Source of the DNA: an uncultured Bacteroidia bacterium
Lineage (GTDB): Bacteria; Bacteroidota; Bacteroidia; Bacteroidales; ML635J-15
Reading direction: 5' to 3'
NCBI GenBank assembly: GCA_902791865.1
Contig: CADAXK010000015.1
Coordinates: 21,944-85,943, forward strand
Length of the DNA stretch: 64,000 nucleotides
Positions within the stretch are counted from its first letter, which is position 1, and each line of letters begins with the position of its first letter. The notes beneath the pieces are model-generated. The model ran no database searches. It saw nothing but the letters and a program-made list of their open reading frames with translations, and had not been told where the DNA came from. Position numbers and translations under genes: made by a program. This document shows, one piece after another, positions 42,940 to 52,423 of this stretch.

Positions 42940-44397
42940 ATGAGTGAAATCACAAAATTGAATCCACAGGGTGTATGGAAGAATTTCTATTCACTGACAC
43001 AGATTCCGCGTCCATCGAAGCACGAAGCAAAGGTTGTGGCTTTTGTTAAGGAATTTGGCGAAAAGTTAGGCCTCGAAACTGTAGTCGATGAAATCGGCAA
43101 CGTAATAATCCGCAAGCCTGCAACTCCAGGTATGGAAAACCGCAAGGGTGTTATCCTCCAGGGTCACCTCGACATGGTTCCGCAGAAGAACAACGAGAAG
43201 GTTCACGACTTCACAAAGGACCCGATTGAAACCATCATCGATGGCGAATGGGTACGCGCAAACCAGACAACTCTTGGCGCCGACAACGGTATGGGTTGTG
43301 CTGCTGCAATGGCAGTCCTCGAATCGAAGGACCTCGTTCACGGACCAATCGAAGCTCTCTTCACAATCGATGAGGAAACCGGTATGACTGGTGCTAACCA
43401 CCTGAAGGCTGGTATGCTCAAGGGCGACATCCTTATGAACCTCGACTCCGAGACCGAAGGCGAACTTTACGTTGGTTGCGCGGGTGGCGTTGACGTAAAC
43501 GTAACTATGAAGTACGATGAATGCGCTGCTCCTGCTGGTTATACAGCTTACCGTATCGATGTTAAGGGTTTGAACGGTGGTCATAGCGGTATGGACATCA
43601 ACATTGGTCGTGCAAATGCCAACAAGCTCCTTGTTAGATTCCTCAACCATTGCCTCTACAAGACCGATATGCGTCTTGCAGAAATCAAGGGCGGTGACAT
43701 GCGCAACGCTATCCCGCGTGAGGCTTACGCAATAGTTCTCATTGCTAATGCCGACTGCGCTAACTTCGAAGCAGAAGTTGCAAGATTCGATGGCTACTAC
43801 AAGAGCGAATTTGCAGCTACCGAAAAGGGCATTGCTCTCTGCGCTGCAAAGGTTGCTATGCCTGCAAAGGTTGCCGAAAAGGAAATCGGCGAAAAGATAA
43901 TCAAGGCTACATTCGTATGCCCTCACGGCGTAGTAAGAATGAGCGACTCGATGCCTGGTTTGGTTGAAACTTCGAACAACTTGGCAATCGTTGAGTGCAA
44001 GGACGGCAACTTCTCGGTTAAGTGCTTGACCCGTAGCTCGGTAGAGTCGGCTAAGAAGGGTACAATGTACAAGATTGGTACAGTTTTCGATCTGATTGGC
44101 GCAAATGTTGAATTCTCTGGCTCGTACCCGGGATGGAATCCAAACATGAATTCGCCAATCCTCAACACAATGAAGGACTGCTACAAGCGTCTGTTCAACG
44201 AGGAAGCAAAGGTTATGGCAATCCATGCTGGTTTGGAATGCGGTCTGTTGGGCTTCGTTTATCCGAACTGGGATATGATTTCGTTTGGTCCGACCATCGA
44301 ACATCCGCACTCACCAGTTGAGAGAGTAAATGTTGCATCAGTTGAGAAGTTCTGGAAGTTCTTGGTTGAAACCTTGAAGAATGTTCCTGTAAAGTAA
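42940..44397 (+). CDS. pepD: Aminoacyl-histidine dipeptidase
   Basis: IPRPSKHE, QGHLDMV, TTLGADNG, DEETG, IHAGLECG. Confidence 0.95.
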   Translation: MSEITKLNPQGVWKNFYSLTQIPRPSKHEAKVVAFVKEFGEKLGLETVVDEIGNVIIRKPATPGMENRKGVILQGHLDMVPQKNNEKVHDFTKDPIETIIDGEWVRANQTTLGADNGMGCAAAMAVLESKDLVHGPIEALFTIDEETGMTGANHLKAGMLKGDILMNLDSETEGELYVGCAGGVDVNVTMKYDECAAPAGYTAYRIDVKGLNGGHSGMDINIGRANANKLLVRFLNHCLYKTDMRLAEIKGGDMRNAIPREAYAIVLIANADCANFEAEVARFDGYYKSEFAATEKGIALCAAKVAMPAKVAEKEIGEKIIKATFVCPHGVVRMSDSMPGLVETSNNLAIVECKDGNFSVKCLTRSSVESAKKGTMYKIGTVFDLIGANVEFSGSYPGWNPNMNSPILNTMKDCYKRLFNEEAKVMAIHAGLECGLLGFVYPNWDMISFGPTIEHPHSPVERVNVASVEKFWKFLVETLKNVPVK

Positions 44398-44418
44398 GCA
44401 GATGACTTTACATAATAG

Positions 44419-44444
44419 AAAAGGCGGAGAAATCCGCCTTTTTT
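44419..44444 (+). terminator. Intrinsic terminator after pepD
   Basis: AAAAGGCGGA-GAAA-TCCGCCTTTTTT. Confidence 0.85.
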
Positions 44445-44498
44445 GTTTCTGGTTTAACTTCGTTGAGGACTTCGCCGTTCTCGCGAAGCGACTAAAAC

Positions 44499-44532
44499 AA
44501 CAATCAAGGACGGTTCAATGCCGTCCTTTTTT
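44499..44532 (+). repeat. 34-bp direct repeat, left copy (terminator-like hairpin)
   Basis: AACAATCAAGGACGGTTCAATGCCGTCCTTTTTT, identical at 46035-46068. Confidence 0.92.
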
Positions 44533-44586
44533 CGTAAAAAACTTTTGCGTGTTATGAAATAATTGTATTTTTGCAAGGAAAAAAGA

Positions 44587-44666
44587 TTGGAAAAATGTCA
44601 AATACAGACATGAACAACCTTGGAAAAGTGTCAAAAATATATGTAAAATTACTTGGAAAAGTGTAA
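44587..44666 (+). promoter_or_regulatory. Three TTGGAAAARTGT boxes at 33-bp period
   Basis: Starts at 44587, 44620, 44653; lie between TATTTTTG (44566) and ATG (44668). Confidence 0.75.
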
Positions 44667-44667
44667 T

Positions 44668-46026
44668 ATGATAGAGCGAGAATTAGATAAATATATTGAT
44701 AATCATTACAGTACTAGCAAATCTGCGCTTATGCTGACAGGAGCAAGGCAGACGGGTAAAACTTTTGCTATACGCAAGTATGCCGAAACAAAGGGCATGG
44801 ATTTGGTAGAAATAAACTTTCTGGAAAATGCTGATGCCATCCTCATTTTTAAGGATGCACGCGATGTGTCGGAGATTTTGTTGCGCCTGTCGGCGTATGC
44901 AAAGAGACAACTAGTTTCTGGCAAGACGCTTATTTTCTTTGACGAGGTGCAGAAATGCCCCGAAGTGGTAACAATGATTAAGTTCCTTGTCGAGGAGGGA
45001 AGTTTCAGATATGCATTGAGTGGCAGTTTGCTTGGCGTAGAGTTGAACGATGTGCGTAGCGTTCCAGTTGGCTATATGAATGTTAAGGAAGTTTTTCCAC
45101 TTGATTTGTGCGAATTTGCAAAGGCTGTGGGCATAAGCGATGAAATAATACGGCACATTGCAGATGCTTGGGAAAACAAATCGCCTGTGGATGAAGTCGT
45201 GCATAATTCGATGCTGAAACTTACCCTGTTGTATCTGATGGTTGGCGGAATGCCTGCTGCTGTGCAATGCTATATTGACACCAATGACATGTATGCGGTT
45301 CAACAGAAGCAGAAGGAAATTATGACAATGTACAGGTGGGACATATCTCAGTATGATGAGAACCAAAAACTTTACATAAAAGAGATTTTTGACTTGATTC
45401 CATCGGAACTGAATGCCAAGAACAAGCGTTTTATTCTGAAAAATCTTAACGAGCACGCCCGTTTTACACGCTATGAGGACAGTTTTTTATGGCTGAAGGA
45501 TGCTGGAGTCGCACTGCCTACATATAATGCAGAAGAGCCGATGTTCCCATTGAAACTTAATGCACAACGCAATTTGTTCAAGTTGTTTCTTAACGATGTA
45601 GGGCTTTTGGCTTCACAATATGCAGATGGAATTGCGCTTCGCGTTTTAAGTGGCGATGTGAACATAAATTATGGCGCAATTTATGAGAATCTTGTCGCTC
45701 AGGAACTGAAAATACATGGTTATGATTTGTATTTTTTCAATAGCAAGAAGCAGGGAGAACTTGACTTTGTGATAGAAAACGACGCAGAGATAATTCCAGT
45801 AGAGGTCAAGTCGGGTAAGGACTATGAAAGGCACAATGCGCTGAAGAATGTATTGGATTCGTCTGCGTATAATATAAAGAAGGCATATGTGTTCTGTAAC
45901 AGCAATTTGAGTGTTAGAGGAAATGTAATTTATGCCCCGATATATATGCTTATGTTTATTAAACATAACATTATGAATGGCAGTGCAATATACAAGAATG
46001 ATTTCGCAAGTCTTAAACTAACATGA
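44668..46026 (+). CDS. AAA+ ATPase (AAA_14) with DUF4143 / PD-(D/E)xK C-terminal domain
   Basis: GARQTGKT Walker A, FFDEVQ Walker B, SGS, GGMP, ELDFVIE...PVEVKSG. Confidence 0.9.
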   Translation: MIERELDKYIDNHYSTSKSALMLTGARQTGKTFAIRKYAETKGMDLVEINFLENADAILIFKDARDVSEILLRLSAYAKRQLVSGKTLIFFDEVQKCPEVVTMIKFLVEEGSFRYALSGSLLGVELNDVRSVPVGYMNVKEVFPLDLCEFAKAVGISDEIIRHIADAWENKSPVDEVVHNSMLKLTLLYLMVGGMPAAVQCYIDTNDMYAVQQKQKEIMTMYRWDISQYDENQKLYIKEIFDLIPSELNAKNKRFILKNLNEHARFTRYEDSFLWLKDAGVALPTYNAEEPMFPLKLNAQRNLFKLFLNDVGLLASQYADGIALRVLSGDVNINYGAIYENLVAQELKIHGYDLYFFNSKKQGELDFVIENDAEIIPVEVKSGKDYERHNALKNVLDSSAYNIKKAYVFCNSNLSVRGNVIYAPIYMLMFIKHNIMNGSAIYKNDFASLKLT

Positions 46027-46034
46027 AACCATCG

Positions 46035-46068
46035 AACAATCAAGGACGGTTCAATGCCGTCCTTTTTT
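46035..46068 (+). repeat. 34-bp direct repeat, right copy (likely terminator of the ATPase gene)
   Basis: Identical to 44499-44532. Confidence 0.92.
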
Positions 46069-46114
46069 TCTTCCAGTCTTCAAGCCTTTTAGCCTGTTCG
46101 CCTTTTAGCCCCTT

Positions 46115-47608
46115 CTACAACATCATCCCCACCGCAATTCTCCCCTGATGGATGTCGCTACCGCTGAAAAAACGCGAATACGAGTATCTTAAATCAAGGA
46201 ATATTGCAATGTCGTTGCCGAGGGAGTACGATATGCGGAAACTTGTATCGCTTTGTAGAAAATATCCCGAAAGTATTCCGTAGGTTTGCCTTATGGGGCT
46301 TTGCCAGATGGAGTTTCCGTAAAGAAGCAGGTCGTGGCGAGTGTTGGCGTAAAAACCAAGGTCTGTCGAGATGCCAATGTGTAGTGATTTGCCTTTGTAA
46401 CCGTATTGTCCGCCGACTTTTCCGCCTGCATGGGCTAATGTCAGGTGCTGTGCTGGTGAATTGTATTTCTCGCTGTGCGACAAATAACAAACATTGGTGG
46501 TAATGTTCCAGTCGTGAATTTCTGCGGTTTGTCCGTATAATGCCGAAAGTTGCAGATTCAGGTTTTCTGCCGAGAACTGCTCAAGGCTCATTATCAGCGG
46601 ATAGACATTGTCGGCGGCATCGCCAAAAATGTTTTCGGTTCCCGACTTTCGGCAGTAATCTGCATTGAGTTTTATGCCCCACGCGGTTGGTTCTGTGTTC
46701 AAGTATGCGATTTCGCCCGAAGTCTGGTGTTCGCCAGCCCGAGCCATCGGCAGTTCGTTGAGCGAAGATATTATCTTGGTGAATGCGAAGTAGTTGTAGG
46801 CAATGTTGCCGTGCCATCCGCTTCTTTCGGGGATAATGCCGAGCGAACCGCCAACGCGGTAACCCTTGTAGTAGGTGTTGTAGTTGCTTCCTTGAAAACG
46901 ATAGTAGTGCGTACCCAATCCTGTGAAATGCACAACATTCGGAACGCCGAGTTCGCTGAAAAACCTAAGACTGTTGGTTTGCTTGTACTTTCCAGCGTTG
47001 AGGTCGAGGCCGACAAGGTATTTGCCAGCAATTCTGCGCGATGCTCCGATGGTGGCGTCGAGGTCGGTGACAAGGTTTTTGGGACGCGGGTCGATCTGGC
47101 GATAGGCAAGGTCGGCGCGGTATTGGGCTTCGATGCCTAATCTCCAGTTGCTGTTAAGTGCGGTGTTCACTCCACCGCCGAAACGGTAGTTCTGAAAGCG
47201 CAGGTCGCCTCCAACCGAATCGCCGAGCGTGTAGGGGTAGAGCATTGCGTAGTCGCTTGTCTCGTTGAACTGCACATCGGCAATCTTACCGTTGGTGTAC
47301 GAAGCATTTCCCCAAGTGGCACCCTTCTTGTGGGTTATAAATGTATTGGCGTTGAAGTTGCCAGAAATCTCACCTTTGCCGAGCTGAGGCATAACGGCTC
47401 TGCTTCCGTTTCTTAATGTTGCACCGACCGAAACGCTTGTCAGCGAGTATTTGCGTTTCAAAACCTTGACAGATGGCTTTTCGTATTGTATGAAATTGCC
47501 GTATTTTTCCGTGCCGTCCTTTATTCTTGTTGCAATGGGAATGGTGTCGTTGGCGGCATGGGCAAGGACAGAGAGAAGAATTAATATTATGGTCAAAAAT
47601 GTGCGCAT
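46115..47608 (-). CDS. Outer-membrane beta-barrel protein (DUF6850-like)
   Basis: Signal peptide; YPY...DSVGGD and YRQIDPRPKN motifs. Confidence 0.7.
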   Translation of the reverse strand: MRTFLTIILILLSVLAHAANDTIPIATRIKDGTEKYGNFIQYEKPSVKVLKRKYSLTSVSVGATLRNGSRAVMPQLGKGEISGNFNANTFITHKKGATWGNASYTNGKIADVQFNETSDYAMLYPYTLGDSVGGDLRFQNYRFGGGVNTALNSNWRLGIEAQYRADLAYRQIDPRPKNLVTDLDATIGASRRIAGKYLVGLDLNAGKYKQTNSLRFFSELGVPNVVHFTGLGTHYYRFQGSNYNTYYKGYRVGGSLGIIPERSGWHGNIAYNYFAFTKIISSLNELPMARAGEHQTSGEIAYLNTEPTAWGIKLNADYCRKSGTENIFGDAADNVYPLIMSLEQFSAENLNLQLSALYGQTAEIHDWNITTNVCYLSHSEKYNSPAQHLTLAHAGGKVGGQYGYKGKSLHIGISTDLGFYANTRHDLLLYGNSIWQSPIRQTYGILSGYFLQSDTSFRISYSLGNDIAIFLDLRYSYSRFFSGSDIHQGRIAVGMML

Positions 47609-47617
47609 TTGTAGATT

Positions 47618-47772
47618 GTTTCTGGGTTTCTATGGCTGACGCCGTTTCTATGCCTGCGGCGTTTCTATGGCTTCGCCGTTTCTATGTTTGAATGTTTCTG
47701 GGTTTCTATGTTTGGGACGATGCACGCATCGTCCGTTTCAATCGTAAATCGTCAATCTAAAATCGTAAATCA
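47618..47772. repeat. Mosaic intergenic repeat (GTTTCTATG plus mini-hairpins, REP palindrome, TTTACGA heptamers)
   Basis: GGCTGACGCC, GCCTGCGGC, GGCTTCGCC hairpins separated by GTTTCTAT; GGACGATGCACGCATCGTCC (47715); ATCGTAAATCGTCAATCTAAAATCGTAAATCA. Confidence 0.85.
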
Positions 47773-49053
47773 ATTCATTGGTGTTACCCCATCGTATGTT
47801 ACCCCATTTGCTGGTGTGCCGTTGGCATCGGTAGCGGTTCCTTGCTGCTCGATGAGCGAAGGCACGCATTCGGTGTTGAAGTCGTCGGTGGAATTGTTGG
47901 TGTCCTTCAGCACTCTTCGTCCGTCGGATGTTAGCGACAGCATTTTGCGGCGAACGCTCTTGAAATAGCGAGTCTGGTCGTGGTCGATTGTTCCGCAGTG
48001 AGTCCATCCAGCATCAATGTTTGGCGGCAGGATGTTCCATTTGCGTTCTGCTTCCACGCTACAGTTCACACCATCGATAATCCATTCGTTAGGAATTTGG
48101 TAAGCTGTGCGCTGCATATCGAAGTCGCCAGCGGCAAGATGCATTGTGTAGTTGTAGGTGTACGAATAGCTTTGCAGGTAGGCTTCCTTGGCGATTGGAA
48201 TCCTTGCAATGGCGTACGACCTGAAACCGCGGTTGTGCAAAATCCAGTAACTTGCCGTGTAGCAGTACCATTTGTCCATATTGGGTACGGTAGCTCCGTC
48301 AATGTCGAGGTTTTGTGGCGATGTAGATTCGTCGTACCACTCGAAGTCGGCGTGGCTAAGGTCGAACGAGTTGGGATTTGCGTCGCGGTGGTCGATGCCG
48401 ACATCACATATTACAATGCTTTCACCGGGTTGCACGGGATGCTCGGTTCCGCTACCGGGGATTACATAAATGGCTTCTACCGTCATCGTAGTAGCCTGAA
48501 TGTCGGGAGTGTAGTCGTATTTTGTAGTCGAGGTGAATTCCGATTCCAGAATTGCAACGCCATCGGCATACAGCACCTTGTCGGTATTGTTGTACAATTT
48601 TATGTAACTGTCGCCGTTGTAGGTTGTCCCCGACGGGCGCAGCGTACCAGTGAAAAATATTTCTTCGATAATGAAGTCGTTGCACGAAACCATAAGGTAA
48701 GTGGTGATTGGAAAGCCAGTTTCGTCGATAATGTTTACCGAACTTACGCTGCCGCTCAGCATTGCGTTGCAGGTTACGCCATCGACTATGTATTCCACTT
48801 CGGCGGTATAGTCGCAGTCGTACAGACCTTTTGTGAGTTCCACTTCATCACCGTAACTGACGGTTTTCACTTCGTTTGTGGTGCGGTTGGTGAACTTTAC
48901 GGTCTGGTTGTTCCGTGCGGTTATGTTGGCATTTTCAGGAAGGATAATCCGTATGTTGCCTGTCGGGAAAACAAAGTTTACATTGTCCTTCTTGCAGGAT
49001 GTGAATGCGAGGATTGTCGCAAGAATCATCAGAAAAATTACATGTCTCTTCAT
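47770..49053 (-). CDS. DUF4876-like lipoprotein
   Basis: Lipobox FTSC; IIEEIFFTG, YIKLYNNTD, HADFEWYD, DTNNSTDDF. Confidence 0.75.
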   Translation of the reverse strand: MKRHVIFLMILATILAFTSCKKDNVNFVFPTGNIRIILPENANITARNNQTVKFTNRTTNEVKTVSYGDEVELTKGLYDCDYTAEVEYIVDGVTCNAMLSGSVSSVNIIDETGFPITTYLMVSCNDFIIEEIFFTGTLRPSGTTYNGDSYIKLYNNTDKVLYADGVAILESEFTSTTKYDYTPDIQATTMTVEAIYVIPGSGTEHPVQPGESIVICDVGIDHRDANPNSFDLSHADFEWYDESTSPQNLDIDGATVPNMDKWYCYTASYWILHNRGFRSYAIARIPIAKEAYLQSYSYTYNYTMHLAAGDFDMQRTAYQIPNEWIIDGVNCSVEAERKWNILPPNIDAGWTHCGTIDHDQTRYFKSVRRKMLSLTSDGRRVLKDTNNSTDDFNTECVPSLIEQQGTATDANGTPANGVTYDGVTPMN

Positions 49054-49065
49054 ATATTAATGTGT

Positions 49066-51837
49066 TTAAATTTTCATATTTATTTCCATTCCGAAATAAG
49101 GTGTCGCATTGCGCCTGATAAGCACATCGTTGCGTCTGAAGTCGGGTGTATAGTCGAGCAGTTTGTTTACAAAAAGCGACATGCTAAGCCATTTGCCAAT
49201 GTTCTTCGTGACTTTCAGGTTTATGTATATCGCAGGTGGAATCGTGTATTTCTCGTAGGCCGATTCGCTGAGGTTATAGACGAGGTGGCGCAACAGTGGA
49301 TTTTCGGCAACGGCTTCGTCGGTATAGTTGTGCAGCTGACCGTCGGCTACCGAAAGATATTGCACTGGAATGCAGTTCTGTTCCATACGCTTTGTCGAGA
49401 CGAACCACATTGCCTGCACCGATGTCGAGAAAATAAGTTTCAGTTTCGGGATTTGCGTATCAAGGAACAAATTGGTGCTTAATTGCTCGTTTATGCGTCC
49501 GTCGTTCCAGTCGTAAAGACCGATGTAATTGTTGGAAATCACCACATTGTCGACCACACTGCTGACGGGATAAAACATCGGGCGACTGTTGACATAAATG
49601 CTACGGAACCACGCTCCGCTGAACTTTATGGCGGTGCATAGCGGTTTTATTCTTGCCGACGAAAATTCCCATTCAATCCCAATCTTGTCCTGTCGGCTGC
49701 CATTTTCGACAAAACTGTATCCGCCAAGTATCCTTCGTGCTTCGTAACTGATGTCGGCAAGTTCGGGACGGGCAGTAAGGTTGGCATCTATGGTTGTTTC
49801 GTCGTAGTCCTTGTAGTCGAATGCCGTGTAGGTGCTTGAATAGCGGAATCCAGATGACATTTTTTCATCAAAAACGCACACCCAAAGCCGATAGCCTTCA
49901 ATCTCGAAGTCAACGCGGAACTCTCCTTTTAGGTTTCGTGCCGGCTGAAGCGCGTAGTTGGTCGCATCTTCCTTGTAGCTCAATATGTTGTATCGGCTAA
50001 ACTCCGCAGGATTGCTCTGGTTGTAGTATGCTAACTGTATGATGTCGATGTAGTTGGCATCTGGGTATAGATAGTTCATTGTTGGCATTTTGGTTGTGCG
50101 TCCGATTCCGCCCGAAAACGATATGCTCCATTGCTTTTCGCCGAAGTGAGGCAGTGTCCATTGCAGGTTTATGCGTGGGTCGAGGTAGAATTTTCCGTGC
50201 ATTGCGTATTCCTTTGGCAATCCGAGAATTGAAGTTGAACGCGCACCTATACGAGCTTCGAGCAGGTGTCTGCCGATTCGGGCGGTTATGTAGTCCTGAA
50301 CATAAAGCGACAGCGTGTGCGAAGCGGGAATTTCGTTGTACTGGCGCGGACGGCTGCTCCATCCCTTGGTCGATAGCGGATGCGAAAGGTCGTAAATCTG
50401 CCCCTTGCCGAAATTCTTCGACATATTCCATTCCGCCCCGAATTTCAGTGCGTTCACTATGTGCTGGCTGTTGAACTCGAAGTCGGTAGTTGTTTTTGCA
50501 AAGGCAGTGAACGGCTTGCCATCGACCCTGTAGTTGGCAACATATTCGCTGAAAAGCAGGTAGGCATCGTATTCGCCGGGGTCGTTGCTGCTTGGCGCTA
50601 TGCCAGCCCGCGATGGTGCGACAAGCACACGGCGTTCAAGGTTGTCGAACTCCTGCGTTAACTGCATATTGACGACAGTTTTCTGGTAATGACCGTTCGC
50701 GTTGGGCAAAATGCTGATGCCATTGCCGAGTGACAGTTTGTGGTAAGTCGATTTGAAGGTGTTTATGCCCGAATAGCTGAGGTTTTCGTCGGTCTTGTAG
50801 TTGTCGAATGAACCTGTATATTCCGCCGACGGTGTGATTTTAAGCGTTACCTTTTCCTTATTTAGAGTGCTTGTCAGTCGTGCCGAGAGGTTTGCACGCT
50901 TGTATTCTTCGAGCGGATTGCGTATGTCGGCGTAGGCGTTCAGCAGACCGCCGTCAATGTTCAGAATGTGCGATTTGCTTGAATCGAGTGCAAAACCTTT
51001 TCCCAGCGACAGAAGTTGGCTTTTGTCGTCGGCCTTGAAGCGGGCGTTTAGTTTTGTCGGTTTCCTTATCTTCTTGATGTTCACCACTCCGCTCGTAAGG
51101 TTGCCGTATTCGACCGATGGTATTCCGCGCATAACTTCTATGCTTTCGATGTCGTCGGTGCTGATGGTTCGCATATCGACACCGCGGTTGGTCATATCCA
51201 TACCGTCGAAGCCACCGTTCTGCATATACTGCATGTTTGCATCGGTGTTTATAGGTGCGCCATCGACTACGAACAAAGTGCCGAGCGAATTGGTCGAGTA
51301 CTGCGAGTTGTTCAGTTTCTGTCCGCTGGAGCCGAGCGAACCGGTTTCGCGCAGGGATATGGAATTGCCCTGGGTGAGTGATGGTGTCTGCGAGATGCCG
51401 CCCGGCAGAAGTTCCATAAGGTCGCCTATGCTAGTAGGTTGCAAGTGGCTCATTGCGTCGCGCCCGATGGTCGATACCGAACCGATTTTCTTTGATTCGG
51501 AGGCTGTGACAACGACTTCGCCGAGCTGATAGTTCTTTTTTTGCAGGTAGAATGTCAGTGCGAGGTCTTTTTCCAGTCTTATGCTTGTTTGCTGCGTTTC
51601 GTATTGTATGTGCGAAATGTATATGGTGTATTCGCCGCTGTAGAGCATCAGTTTTGCAGTGCCGTTGTCGTCGCTTAACGCGCCAGTCGATTTGCCGTTG
51701 CTGTCCGAAACGTATATGTATGCATCGGCGACAGGCTCCTTGCTTGCTTTGTCGAACAGCTTTATTGTCAGGGTGTTGCTCGCAAGACAACTTGCAAACA
51801 AGGTGACAAGGCACAATATGGCGACCGCTTTTTTCAT
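49066..51837 (-). CDS. TonB-dependent outer-membrane receptor
   Basis: CarboxypepD-like N-domain, LGEVVVTA TonB box, GVDMRTIST..IESIEV.RGIPSVEYG plug, C-terminal YFGMEINMKI; start set at ATG 51837. Confidence 0.92.
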   Translation of the reverse strand: MKKAVAILCLVTLFASCLASNTLTIKLFDKASKEPVADAYIYVSDSNGKSTGALSDDNGTAKLMLYSGEYTIYISHIQYETQQTSIRLEKDLALTFYLQKKNYQLGEVVVTASESKKIGSVSTIGRDAMSHLQPTSIGDLMELLPGGISQTPSLTQGNSISLRETGSLGSSGQKLNNSQYSTNSLGTLFVVDGAPINTDANMQYMQNGGFDGMDMTNRGVDMRTISTDDIESIEVMRGIPSVEYGNLTSGVVNIKKIRKPTKLNARFKADDKSQLLSLGKGFALDSSKSHILNIDGGLLNAYADIRNPLEEYKRANLSARLTSTLNKEKVTLKITPSAEYTGSFDNYKTDENLSYSGINTFKSTYHKLSLGNGISILPNANGHYQKTVVNMQLTQEFDNLERRVLVAPSRAGIAPSSNDPGEYDAYLLFSEYVANYRVDGKPFTAFAKTTTDFEFNSQHIVNALKFGAEWNMSKNFGKGQIYDLSHPLSTKGWSSRPRQYNEIPASHTLSLYVQDYITARIGRHLLEARIGARSTSILGLPKEYAMHGKFYLDPRINLQWTLPHFGEKQWSISFSGGIGRTTKMPTMNYLYPDANYIDIIQLAYYNQSNPAEFSRYNILSYKEDATNYALQPARNLKGEFRVDFEIEGYRLWVCVFDEKMSSGFRYSSTYTAFDYKDYDETTIDANLTARPELADISYEARRILGGYSFVENGSRQDKIGIEWEFSSARIKPLCTAIKFSGAWFRSIYVNSRPMFYPVSSVVDNVVISNNYIGLYDWNDGRINEQLSTNLFLDTQIPKLKLIFSTSVQAMWFVSTKRMEQNCIPVQYLSVADGQLHNYTDEAVAENPLLRHLVYNLSESAYEKYTIPPAIYINLKVTKNIGKWLSMSLFVNKLLDYTPDFRRNDVLIRRNATPYFGMEINMKI

Positions 51838-51872
51838 CGTTTGCAAAGGTACGATGTCACGGTGCTGTCAGT

Positions 51873-51920
51873 CAATCACAACAAATTGGGATTTGGGGTG
51901 GCAAAAACTACGACAAATGG
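51873..51920. promoter_or_regulatory. Paired 13-bp boxes at 32-bp spacing upstream of the TonB operon
   Basis: AATCACAACAAAT (51874) and AACTACGACAAAT (51906); homologous to 54069-54116. Confidence 0.6.
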
Positions 51921-51932
51921 GGATTAACGAAA

Positions 51933-52197
51933 GGCTAAAAGGCTAACAGGCTGACAGTCCCGCAGTCTTGCAGTCTATCAGTCTCGCAGTCTGACAGCCT
52001 GACCGTTTGACAGGTCTTCAGTTCGACTGTTCGACATCAATATAGGTCTTCTTTCTGCCTTTTAGCCCACTTTGAGCTGTAAAATCGTGCCATAGCGCGA
52101 TTCAACAAAAATCAAATCTTCAACCTTTAGCTCAGCGTAAGCTAAATCTTTGAATCTTCAAACGGCGAAGCTATTGAAACGGGCGTTAGCCATTCAA
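51933..52197. repeat. Mosaic repeat: 10 phased octamers, REP-like palindrome, mini-hairpins
   Basis: GGCTAAAA GGCTAACA GGCTGACA GTCCCGCA GTCTTGCA GTCTATCA GTCTCGCA GTCTGACA GCCTGACC GTTTGACA; palindrome 52079-52106; AAACGGCGAAGC; GAAACGGGCGTTAGCC. Confidence 0.85.
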
Positions 52198-52212
52198 TCC
52201 TATCTTTTCTGC

Positions 52213-52283
52213 AAAAATTAGCGTGTAATTCTACATCAAAAACTAGCGTGTAAATCTATATTAAAAATTAGCGTGTAAAATTC
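52213..52283 (+). repeat. Three tandem 25-bp repeats upstream of the Fic gene
   Basis: AAAAAYTAGCGTGTAA cores; TAGCGTGTAA at 52219, 52244, 52269. Confidence 0.85.
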
Positions 52284-52423
52284 TTTGTTCTATTAATTAG
52301 ATAAAATGTTGTAAATAAATATATTATTGTATGTTTATTGAAAATTAAATTGTACTTTTGTAAATAAATCGAGTGTAAAATTTAAAAATAATTTCTAATT
52401 TTGCAAAAAAAATAAACGAATAT

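Noticed and set aside
43066-44310. 414-aa antisense ORF over pepD
   Set aside because: Shadow of a strongly codon-biased gene; no recognisable motifs
47980-49482. 500-aa plus-strand ORF
   Set aside because: Antisense shadow of the lipoprotein and TonB genes
51850-52200. Cobalamin or other riboswitch upstream of the TonB receptor
   Set aside because: No B12-box seen; the region is repeat mosaic and the promoter abuts the start codon
44587-52283. 33-bp and 25-bp periodic repeats as mini-CRISPR arrays
   Set aside because: Repeats and spacers are far too short, with only three units each and no cas genes
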